Below are positions 16,482 to 25,174 of a stretch of 64,000 nucleotides of DNA, one piece after another (the stretch's first letter is position 1; the number at the start of each line of letters is the position of its first letter). The stretch covers positions 2,080,001 to 2,144,000 of the forward strand of contig OZ223236.1 of assembly GCA_965140445.1 (NCBI GenBank), given 5' to 3'. This stretch comes from Candidatus Ozemobacteraceae bacterium (GTDB lineage Bacteria; Muiribacteriota; Ozemobacteria; Ozemobacterales; Ozemobacteraceae). The notes below the pieces were generated by a model. The model did not search any database, was not told the DNA's origin, and saw only the letters and a list, made by a program, of their open reading frames with translations. Position numbers and translations under genes: made by a program.

Positions 16482-19151
16482 TTGGGCAAAGAACAAAAAC
16501 AATGGGTGGAGCAACTTAGGAGAGAGCAGTTAAAGAACTCGGCTAGAAACCCTGGGATGGCTGCATTGATGTCCTTTTTCATGATGGGACTGGGGCAGAT
16601 TTATGCAGGACATGTGGATCGCGGCATAATTCTTCTTGCTATTCATTTAAGTGGGATTTTTACTGCATTTAGCCTTTATAGTAAAGGTTTAATTTATGAA
16701 TCTTTATTCCCAATTCTGGGGATGAAAATTCTCATGATTTTTATATACATTTTTTCAGTATTCTTGATTTTACTATGGATTTACAATATCAAAGACGCCT
16801 ACTACTTATCTTTGTTTAGCAGCTTTAGAGACTGGTTTGAAGTTGAAAGAGTTTTGCTTCCAGTTTTACAAAAGCAAGCAGACGCACTTTTGGCTAATGG
16901 TGCTTCTTCAACATTGAACTATATTACAGATGGCTCTGTTGGAGTGGCGGGACAGTTTAACTCTTCTGCAGATGACTCAGGGGAAGATTTTGATGATGAT
17001 TTTGAGGAGTTGGAAGTCGTTTCAGTTTCAGAAAAATCATCCGAAAATGCCAAAAAACCAGAATCTGAAAAAGGGACTGGGGAGAGCGAATCGATTGCAG
17101 CAAAGAAGAAATCTGAAGAAGTTAAGCCTGATAACAAGGAAGAAAAACTGACAGATAGAGCTCAATCAGTGAAAGTGAACAAGCCAAAGATTTCTTCGAA
17201 GGCAGAAGAAGTGGTTTTTTACTCTGACATTGGATCTGTATCAGTAGAAAGAAATTCCTGGAAGATATATATCGGGTTTTGTTTGATTTTCTTGCTACTT
17301 GGACTCTGGCTAAATAAAAAGGATGATGCGAGATTAGGAACCTTGAAAAATGAGGAAGTTCTTTTTAATGTTTCCGCAGATCTTCCTGGTGAAAAAAGTT
17401 CTCAAAGAAATTTTGTGGTTGATCAAAACAATGATCAATCGCCAGTTCAAACCCCAAAAGAGCTTAGGCCTGCTCCAAAAGAAAAACTGGAACCAGAAAT
17501 TGTAGTAAATTCACCATTTAGCGAAGGCTTGGAGTTGATGAGAAAAGGGAATTTTGAATCAGCAGCCCAGTCCTTTGAATTGGATCTTAGGAGAGCCAGG
17601 CCAACCAGAGGAATTTGGAAAAAGATTCTTTCATCATATTATCGAGCTGATTTAACTGTTAAATATGAAATGGTGCTTAGAGACTATCTTAAGAGTTATT
17701 CTGATGATTCGGAAGAATGGTTTAATCTTGGGAAGTTATTATACGATAGAGATGAGTTGTCTCAAGCTTCTCAAGCAATTGTAAAGGGGCTAAGAATTGC
17801 TCCGGAAAATGTAAGAGGCAATTTCTTGCTTGGCTCAATATATAAAGAGCTGGGACTTGACGAAGATGCCTCAACATATTTGAAAAGAGCTGTTGCCATG
17901 GAACCATTAAATTTGGACTTTAATAGAGAGTTAAGTTCTATTCTGTTAAGCCTTGGAAAGAAAGAGGAAGCAGCTAAATTTGCAAAAAGAGTTTTGAGCT
18001 TAAAGCCAGAAGATAGAGTAGCGCTGGATTTGATGAAGAGTATTGAAGGCTCAAGAAATAATAACTTTGTTCGGCCTTCAAAAATTGATAGCAATGACGT
18101 AGTTTTTGTTCAGGGAAGAGCGAAAACGGTAATTCTTCAGCAGACAGGCGATCCTGGTCCTTCGGAAGAACCTGTTAGTAAGACAAAACCTAAAGGAAAA
18201 GTTCTTTTTAATTCAGGAGAGGTGGTTGAATCAATAGATAGTATTCCACAAGATTCTTCTGAAATTGATAATTCAAAAAAAGAGCAAGTTATAAACGCTA
18301 AAAGTAAGGGTAAGGTTTTGTTTGAGGCCCCCGATTCCAGTTTAAAAGCAAATGTAATAGATGAAGAGCAGGAAAGCACATTAAAAGAGGAAATAGTAGC
18401 TCAAAATGAAAGACACGTTATTCCTGCATATTCTGAAAGCCATTCTAATCCCGATAAATCAAAAAAGGAAAAAGTGGATCGAAAATCAGAAAAATTAGCT
18501 GTAAAAGAAGCAGAGACCAAAATTAAATTGGATAAAAATGCAGGTATTTCATTACTTGAAATTCAAAGCTCAAAATCTCTAACTTCTTCTGATGAAGTTT
18601 TGATGATGAACTCTGTTGCCGTAGAAGGAAAAAGATCAAATCCTGCACCAGATAGCCCTGATCTGAAAGCGAGAACATTGGAGCTAAAGAATCTTGGCTT
18701 TTCAGAATATTCGCAAGGGCATTGGGAGGCTTCTCTTTCTCATTATCTTAAGTATCTTGAAACAGAAAAAGATCGCGAAGTTTATGCGGTTGTGGGAAGC
18801 ATTTTTGAAAAGCTTGGTATGAAAAATGATGGATTTGATGCTTATGAACAGGCTTATAAACTTGGAGATAAAAGCCCGGGGACACTTATAAAACTTGGGA
18901 GAATTGCTGAAAGCTTAAAAAAATACAAAAAAGGTGAATACTATTTGTATCATGCATTGAAGGCTAGTCCTCATCGCATTGATTTAAGAATTCGTTATGC
19001 AAGATGTATGGCGGCCAATGGGCGCGTTGAACAAGCTAAGAGAGAGCTTGAAAAGGTGTTAGAAATAGATAACATTTCATATGCTGTTGGACAAAGAATT
19101 AGAAAAGAGTTAAAACTGATGAACCAGGAATTTAGTGAAGGGGCTAAGTAA
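16482..19151 (+). CDS. Membrane-anchored TPR protein with TM2/DUF5683-like N-terminus
   Basis: NPGMAALMSFFMMGLGQIYAG, three to four TM helices, an acidic linker and two TPR blocks (EEWFNLG, GNFLLG). TTG start. Confidence 0.8.
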   Translation: MGKEQKQWVEQLRREQLKNSARNPGMAALMSFFMMGLGQIYAGHVDRGIILLAIHLSGIFTAFSLYSKGLIYESLFPILGMKILMIFIYIFSVFLILLWIYNIKDAYYLSLFSSFRDWFEVERVLLPVLQKQADALLANGASSTLNYITDGSVGVAGQFNSSADDSGEDFDDDFEELEVVSVSEKSSENAKKPESEKGTGESESIAAKKKSEEVKPDNKEEKLTDRAQSVKVNKPKISSKAEEVVFYSDIGSVSVERNSWKIYIGFCLIFLLLGLWLNKKDDARLGTLKNEEVLFNVSADLPGEKSSQRNFVVDQNNDQSPVQTPKELRPAPKEKLEPEIVVNSPFSEGLELMRKGNFESAAQSFELDLRRARPTRGIWKKILSSYYRADLTVKYEMVLRDYLKSYSDDSEEWFNLGKLLYDRDELSQASQAIVKGLRIAPENVRGNFLLGSIYKELGLDEDASTYLKRAVAMEPLNLDFNRELSSILLSLGKKEEAAKFAKRVLSLKPEDRVALDLMKSIEGSRNNNFVRPSKIDSNDVVFVQGRAKTVILQQTGDPGPSEEPVSKTKPKGKVLFNSGEVVESIDSIPQDSSEIDNSKKEQVINAKSKGKVLFEAPDSSLKANVIDEEQESTLKEEIVAQNERHVIPAYSESHSNPDKSKKEKVDRKSEKLAVKEAETKIKLDKNAGISLLEIQSSKSLTSSDEVLMMNSVAVEGKRSNPAPDSPDLKARTLELKNLGFSEYSQGHWEASLSHYLKYLETEKDREVYAVVGSIFEKLGMKNDGFDAYEQAYKLGDKSPGTLIKLGRIAESLKKYKKGEYYLYHALKASPHRIDLRIRYARCMAANGRVEQAKRELEKVLEIDNISYAVGQRIRKELKLMNQEFSEGAK

Positions 19152-20155
19152 TGCCAAAATCAAGTTTAGAAGCTCTTGCTCATGAGACAAAGATTTTCAA
19201 TACAACTTTAGACCTTTTAAAGGAGTCTTTTTTTGTCGCTAGCGGCAAAAGTATTAAGGAAAGAAAAGTTGAAGGCCTGTTAGACGATCTTGAGAACATT
19301 ATTTTGACTGCTTGCACAGGTATGCCGCAGCATATTGCACAAAAAGCCAAGCAGTCGTTTAAAGCTTTACGTGAAGAAATAAATCAAGATCCATCTCAAA
19401 GTCCAGAGTTCTTACAGCTAAGTTCAAGACTAAATAGCCAGGCTAACCTAATTCTGAGACGAGTTGATAATCTTTTAAACTTGGGTGATGGGCAAGACCA
19501 TAAGTCCGCCAATGGAATTATTCTTGCACAAGAAGAAGAAAGAAAAAGAATTTCGAGAGAGATTCATGATGGTCCTGCTCAAACACTTGCCAGTTTAACT
19601 ATGCGAATTGACTATTGCCTGGATCATGAAGGCTTGCCAGAGAAGCTTTTATTAGAACTACAGGAGTTAAAGCAGTCTGTTATTAGAAGCTTAAAGGATA
19701 TAAGAAGGTTTATTTTTGATCTTCGTCCAATGGCACTGGATGACCTTGGATTAATTCCTACATTAGAACAATTTATTAGTGGATTTAAGCAAAGAACAGG
19801 GGTTCCTGTTTATGTTGATATTGATGGAGACAGATTGTCTCTTTCCCCAGAGAAAGAACTGGCTGTATTTCGCGTAATTCAGGAAGCCTCAAACAATGCT
19901 GTTAAGCACGCAGCTCCAACTTCAGTCTATGTATTTTTGAAGTTTGGTGATGCTGCAAAAAAGCTTTCTGTTGTAATTAAAGATAATGGTAAAGGATTTA
20001 AGGTTGAAGAGATTAGAAAGAACTATGGATCTTTAAAAAAACTTGGGTTACTAAGTATGGAAGAAAGAGTAAGACTTTCTGGCGGAGAAATTGATTTTGT
20101 CTCCGAATTAGGTGAGGGAACCATTGTTTCTTTTTGGGTTCCATTGGATTACTAG
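19151..20155 (+). CDS. Cytoplasmic DegS/NarX-type (HisKA_3) histidine kinase
   Basis: QEEERKRISREIHDGPAQTL, DLRPMALDDLGL, FRVIQEASNNAVKHA, DNGKGF, LGLLSMEER. No TM segment. Confidence 0.9.
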   Translation: MPKSSLEALAHETKIFNTTLDLLKESFFVASGKSIKERKVEGLLDDLENIILTACTGMPQHIAQKAKQSFKALREEINQDPSQSPEFLQLSSRLNSQANLILRRVDNLLNLGDGQDHKSANGIILAQEEERKRISREIHDGPAQTLASLTMRIDYCLDHEGLPEKLLLELQELKQSVIRSLKDIRRFIFDLRPMALDDLGLIPTLEQFISGFKQRTGVPVYVDIDGDRLSLSPEKELAVFRVIQEASNNAVKHAAPTSVYVFLKFGDAAKKLSVVIKDNGKGFKVEEIRKNYGSLKKLGLLSMEERVRLSGGEIDFVSELGEGTIVSFWVPLDY

Positions 20156-20157
20156 AA

Positions 20158-22413
20158 ATGTATAAAAGTCTTCAGGGAAAACTGGTTCTGCATTTTTTCC
20201 TGCTGATTCTCATTACTAACGGACTTTTTGCCTTAGTTAGCTATTCCAGAGAAAATATTCGCACAAGTGAAGAAATCATAGAGACTGCAGCTTTTATTGG
20301 TTCTATCATGCATGGGCCTAGTGGCGATTTCTTAAAAACTGGAAATTCTAAACAAATTGATCGAATTTCCAAATCTCGTCTTGGACTATCCAAGGATTTA
20401 AAAATAACCATTTATGATCGAAATTGGTGGAGAAAATGGGGGGACGAAGAGAGAATTCCAGCTGAAGGTTTTCCACCAATCGAAAGCTTTAATGGTGCTG
20501 AATTTAGAACGGTTCAAGACGTTTTTATTGAGAAAGAACTCCTTTACCCAATTATCGTAGATGATTCACCTGTAGGAGCAATAGGAATTGGTATTCCATC
20601 ACTTGAAAAGCTGGAGTCAAGAACTCCGGGAACAGATTTTCTACTGCTTTTAATTCTGGATGCCATTATTGGTGTTGCGGTTGCGGTTATTGTTGCAAGA
20701 TATATTCTATTGCCTTTGCAAAACCTTGTGCAAGGCATTGAAGAGGTTAAGGAAGGAAATTACAGCATCCGCGTTAAGACATCTGGCACCGGCGAATTAG
20801 TTGCTTTGGGGGAGACATTTAATAAAATGGCTTCCAAGGTTCAAGAAACAGTAAAAGAAAATCTAATGAGAAATCGAATGCTGGATGAGAAATTACAGGA
20901 ATTATGGGAAATTTATGAATTAACTAGAACCATGACCTTTTCTCTTAAGCTTGATGAAATGCTTAAACCATTTTTAGAAAAAGCTCAGACCCTTTCTTTT
21001 AGCTCTTATGCGGAGCTTATTATGCAGGAACGCATTACTAAAAAACCAATAGTTACAGTTTCTTTTGGTGAGGTTAATGATCTCAGCCAGGAGGATTATG
21101 AAAACTCTGTTAACCGAGTTTTCCTTGAAGGAAAGTTAGTTGAAATTATTCAGGGAAGTTTTTCATTTATTTTTATTCCATTGAGAACCGGTCTAAAGGT
21201 GAGGGGGGTCCTTTTCCTTGGGAAGCATGATAGCAGCGGTTACTCTGAGAATGTTCGCCGATTTTTGGAAACCATTTGTCCTGTGGCGGCATCGTTGATT
21301 GAGAATGCTCACTTGTATTCTGAAGTCGCTGACTTGAATGAGTATTTAAGTAATATTTTGAGTAGCGTTAACTCTGGAGTTGCAACTATAGATAGGCAAA
21401 ATCGCCTGCAGTTGGCAAACAATTCATTTTACTCAATTCTTGGGGTAACCAAACCAGATGAAGAAGCACCTTTTCTGGAAAAATTTTGTTCAAAAATTAA
21501 TGATAAAGGGTTTGCTAATGAGTTTTTAAGAAAGGTTACTTCGGATAATTTCAATCATCAAAAGGCTGACGATGAGGGAGAGGAGGATAGAAAGTTAGAA
21601 CGAGTTTGTTTGAGACTACAAAAACATAATTCCTTTTCCAGAATTATTGAAATAATCGTAATGCCTCTCAGGGCCGAAAGAAAAGTAATTGGGAGTATTA
21701 TCAGTATTGAGGATATTACAGAACTGAAAAATATTGAACAGCAGATGCTTGAATCTGAAAAATGGGCAATTCTTGGGAAGCTTGCTGCCTCGGTGGCTCA
21801 TGAAATTAGAAATCCTTTGGTTGCTATTCGGAGCTTAGTAGAGATTATCGGTGAAGATGCAATTGGTGAAAACAAAGAACACGTTAACGTAATTCTTGGA
21901 GAAGTTTATCGACTAAATAGAGTTGTAACAGAGCTTTTAAGCCTTGTTAGACCAGAGAGCGCATTTTTAAAAGAAGTTTCCATTCAAAAACTTCTTAATG
22001 AGTTAATAATTTTAATCCGCCACGAGGCTCAGAAAAAGGGTGTCACAATTGAAACGCGCTTTGAAGACGGGGGAAATTTTATTAAAGCAGATCCTGAGAA
22101 ACTAAAACAGGCATTTCTTAATATTGTACTGAATGCTATACAGGCTATGGATAAGGGTGGGGCGGTATGTATTGAAGCGAGGTCCATTGATGACTGTGTT
22201 GAAATTTCTTTTTATAATGACGGACCGGCGATACCGGATTCAGTGAAATCAAGAATTTTTGAACCTTTCTTTACAACCAGGGAAAATGGTACTGGGTTGG
22301 GGTTGGCAATAACCAAAAAAATAATAGATCTACATAATGGTAAGATAGAATTGAATTCAACAGATAAGGGAGGAGTCGAATTTAAGTTTATCCTTCCGGG
22401 AGGCTATAAATAA
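20158..22413 (+). CDS. Membrane sensor histidine kinase (HAMP-GAF-PAS-HisKA-HATPase), NtrB/AtoS-like
   Basis: Two TM helices, HAMP (GELVALGETFNKM), GAF- and PAS-like segments, SVAHEIRNPL, NAIQAM, FEPFFTT, GTGLGL. Confidence 0.92.
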   Translation: MYKSLQGKLVLHFFLLILITNGLFALVSYSRENIRTSEEIIETAAFIGSIMHGPSGDFLKTGNSKQIDRISKSRLGLSKDLKITIYDRNWWRKWGDEERIPAEGFPPIESFNGAEFRTVQDVFIEKELLYPIIVDDSPVGAIGIGIPSLEKLESRTPGTDFLLLLILDAIIGVAVAVIVARYILLPLQNLVQGIEEVKEGNYSIRVKTSGTGELVALGETFNKMASKVQETVKENLMRNRMLDEKLQELWEIYELTRTMTFSLKLDEMLKPFLEKAQTLSFSSYAELIMQERITKKPIVTVSFGEVNDLSQEDYENSVNRVFLEGKLVEIIQGSFSFIFIPLRTGLKVRGVLFLGKHDSSGYSENVRRFLETICPVAASLIENAHLYSEVADLNEYLSNILSSVNSGVATIDRQNRLQLANNSFYSILGVTKPDEEAPFLEKFCSKINDKGFANEFLRKVTSDNFNHQKADDEGEEDRKLERVCLRLQKHNSFSRIIEIIVMPLRAERKVIGSIISIEDITELKNIEQQMLESEKWAILGKLAASVAHEIRNPLVAIRSLVEIIGEDAIGENKEHVNVILGEVYRLNRVVTELLSLVRPESAFLKEVSIQKLLNELIILIRHEAQKKGVTIETRFEDGGNFIKADPEKLKQAFLNIVLNAIQAMDKGGAVCIEARSIDDCVEISFYNDGPAIPDSVKSRIFEPFFTTRENGTGLGLAITKKIIDLHNGKIELNSTDKGGVEFKFILPGGYK

Positions 22414-23819
22414 TGGCAAATGGAAGCTCTTACAAAGAAAATGTTCCTTCAATTTTGCTTGTAGATGATGAGGCATCTGTTCTTTATACCCTTGAGGCTG
22501 TTCTTAAGTCTGAAGGATATAGAATTAGAAAAGCAAATTCAGCTGAAGAAGCTTATGAAATATTTCAGACTGATTTTTTTGATCTTGTAATTACTGATCT
22601 TACAATGCCAGGGGACTCTGGCATAGATTTATTAAATGAAGTTAATAGCTCCAGACCAGATACTATGGTTATTCTGATTACTGCTTACGGTTCTGAGTCT
22701 ATAGCAGTAGAAGCCATGAAAAAGGGCGCTTATGATTATCTGCCCAAACCATTTGCTAATGATGAGTTAAGATTAACTGTTCGTAGAGCATTAGAAAAAT
22801 ATCATCTGCGCCAGGAAAATCTACAGCTTAAGAAACAATTGCATGAACGAGAGGGACTTGCATCCATAATTGGATCAAGTGAGGAGATGCAAAGGGTCTA
22901 CGATTTAATTGAAAGAGTTGGACCAAACGATGTTACTGTTTTAATTACCGGGGAATCAGGAACCGGGAAAGAATTAGTTGCTAATGCAATTCATAGTCTG
23001 AGCCCAAGAAAGGGAAAGCCTTTTATTAGAGTTAATTGCGCTGCTTTACCTGAAAATTTAATCGAAAGTGAATTGTTTGGCTATGAAAGAGGAGCTTTTA
23101 GCGGAGCTATTAACAGACGCCTTGGAAAATTTGAAATAGCTCATACTGGAACTGTTTTCCTGGATGAGATTGGTGAAATGACCATGGCTACTCAAACAAA
23201 AATTCTTAGGATTTTACAGGAAAAAGAATTTGAAAGACTGGGCGGAAATCAGACAATAAAGGTAGATAGCCGGGTTATTGCGGCAACAAATCGTGAATTG
23301 GCAAATGCAATTGAACAGGGAATCTTCCGCGAAGATCTTTTTTACCGTTTAAATGTTATTAACATTCATTTGCCTCCCCTTCGGGATAGGCTCTCAGATG
23401 TTCCAGCTTTGGTTGAAGCTTTTGCAAGAAAGTTTTGTCAAAAATTCAGTAAAAAATATGAGGCTTTCTCCAGAGAATTCATGGGCAGGCTAGTTCAGTA
23501 TGCCTGGCCAGGAAATGTTAGAGAATTACAGAACCTCATCGAAAGAGTTATTATACTTGAAGATGAAAGTGTTTTCTTAAGCTCTTCCTCTAAGTTTGAG
23601 CTCAGATCAAAATTACAAAATGAGCAATTTATTGAAGATGGGCTACTTTCATTAAAATATAAAGAAGCAAAAGATGTTTTACTTAAATCTTTTGAAAGAA
23701 AGTATTTTGAAAGTATCCTGGAGAAAGCTGAGGGCAATATGTCTGAGGCTGCTAGAATAGCAGGAATGCATAGGAAAAATCTATATCTGAAGCTTAAGGA
23801 ATTAGAAAAGAACGACTAG
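22413..23819 (+). CDS. Sigma-54-dependent response regulator (NtrC/AtoC/ZraR family)
   Basis: Receiver domain (LLVDDE, ITDLTMP, KPF), AAA+ domain (GESGTGKE, ESELFGYERGAFSGA, FLDEIGE, FREDLFYRLNV, WPGNVREL) and a Fis-type HTH. Confidence 0.95.
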   Translation: MANGSSYKENVPSILLVDDEASVLYTLEAVLKSEGYRIRKANSAEEAYEIFQTDFFDLVITDLTMPGDSGIDLLNEVNSSRPDTMVILITAYGSESIAVEAMKKGAYDYLPKPFANDELRLTVRRALEKYHLRQENLQLKKQLHEREGLASIIGSSEEMQRVYDLIERVGPNDVTVLITGESGTGKELVANAIHSLSPRKGKPFIRVNCAALPENLIESELFGYERGAFSGAINRRLGKFEIAHTGTVFLDEIGEMTMATQTKILRILQEKEFERLGGNQTIKVDSRVIAATNRELANAIEQGIFREDLFYRLNVINIHLPPLRDRLSDVPALVEAFARKFCQKFSKKYEAFSREFMGRLVQYAWPGNVRELQNLIERVIILEDESVFLSSSSKFELRSKLQNEQFIEDGLLSLKYKEAKDVLLKSFERKYFESILEKAEGNMSEAARIAGMHRKNLYLKLKELEKND

Positions 23820-23824
23820 GTAGC

Positions 23825-25174
23825 TCATTCATTGGCGGCATTTAGCAAATCAAAGCTAAATTTAGATCCTTTTCCCAGCTCAGAAGAAATAAAAAGCTGA
23901 GTGCCGTGTCCAAGCAAAATTCTTTGTGCAATAGCAAGTCCTAAACCAAGACCGCCTCTTGGTCTTGTGTCTGATCGGTCTATTTGGTAAAAAGGGGTTT
24001 GAATTAGCTCAATTTTATCCTTAGCAATGCCTTCACCATTATCAATAATAGATAGACGGGTTTTGCCGTTTAGTGGTTCAGATTTAACAATAATTTTGCT
24101 GTTGGGTGGAGAAAATTTAATCGCATTTTGTAAAAGATTTAAAAGCACTCTGTTTAAGAGAGATTCGTCAGCCCTTATCAATGGCGTTTCTTCTGATATC
24201 AAAATTTCAAAAGTAGTGCCTTTGGTGGAGGCCATTGGTGCCAATGAATCAATAGCTTCAGAAACAAGTCTGGTAAGGTTTTGGTTGGCCAGGTCGAACT
24301 TCAGCTTTCCAGCTTCCATACGGGCAAAATTTAGCATGGAAGAAATTAGTTCGTTTAGATTGTCTGCATTGCGCAGCGAAACCTTCAAAGCCTTTTCCTG
24401 TTTCGCAGTTAATTCTCCAAGTTTTTTGGTAGACATTAAATCAAGATAGCCTTTTATTGAAACTAGCGGAGTTTTAAGCTCGTGGCTGCAGATTGCAAGA
24501 AATTCTGACTTTAACTTATCCATATCTTCAAGCTTTTTTATGCCCTTTTCAGCTTTGTTTAATGCCTTTTTATAGCTTTGTCTTATTTTTTCGAAGACAT
24601 ATTTTTTCTGGATTGTAACTAAAAATTGCTTTGAAGATTGTGAGCTTTTAAATATGCGAACTACAACCATGAAAGGCACGCTTGAATTTTCATTTGTGGG
24701 CACATTTACGAGTACATAGAAAGGAGTGTTTTTTGAACAAACATGTTCCAGTCCACGGGAAATCGCATTAAAAAATGGTTTACAAGACAATGGACCAAAG
24801 AAGGTGCTAAGGCTGTTAGCTTGATCTATATTGGGTAATGCAGGAGAAAGAAGTTTTGTGTTTTCACTAAAAAATAAAATGCCTTTCTGATCATCAAGTA
24901 AAATTGAAAAAAAGTCTTCTTCCGCAATTTGTTCATTAATAAGTTTTTTTAGCCCTGCGTCCTTCCCAGATGGATGCTTTTTTCTAACTACAACTGAGAT
25001 TCCAAATATTAAAAAAACCAGACCAAATAGGAAAAATAAATGTGATTCAGTTGAAAATCTTTCTGAAATGCTTTGTGAAAAACATGGAGCACTTAATCTT
25101 TCCCAAAAAAACAGAACTAGAACTCTTCTAAAATTGCTGGTGGGAAACTGCATGAATAGCTGTGTAAACCTCAC
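23825..25174 (-). CDS. Sensor histidine kinase (HisKA-HATPase)
   Basis: FLAICSHELKTPL, NLLQNAIKFS, DNGEGI, GGLGLGLAI and an N-terminal TM segment. The GTG start overlaps the upstream TGA (GTGA). Confidence 0.9.
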   Translation of the reverse strand: MRFTQLFMQFPTSNFRRVLVLFFWERLSAPCFSQSISERFSTESHLFFLFGLVFLIFGISVVVRKKHPSGKDAGLKKLINEQIAEEDFFSILLDDQKGILFFSENTKLLSPALPNIDQANSLSTFFGPLSCKPFFNAISRGLEHVCSKNTPFYVLVNVPTNENSSVPFMVVVRIFKSSQSSKQFLVTIQKKYVFEKIRQSYKKALNKAEKGIKKLEDMDKLKSEFLAICSHELKTPLVSIKGYLDLMSTKKLGELTAKQEKALKVSLRNADNLNELISSMLNFARMEAGKLKFDLANQNLTRLVSEAIDSLAPMASTKGTTFEILISEETPLIRADESLLNRVLLNLLQNAIKFSPPNSKIIVKSEPLNGKTRLSIIDNGEGIAKDKIELIQTPFYQIDRSDTRPRGGLGLGLAIAQRILLGHGTQLFISSELGKGSKFSFDLLNAANE

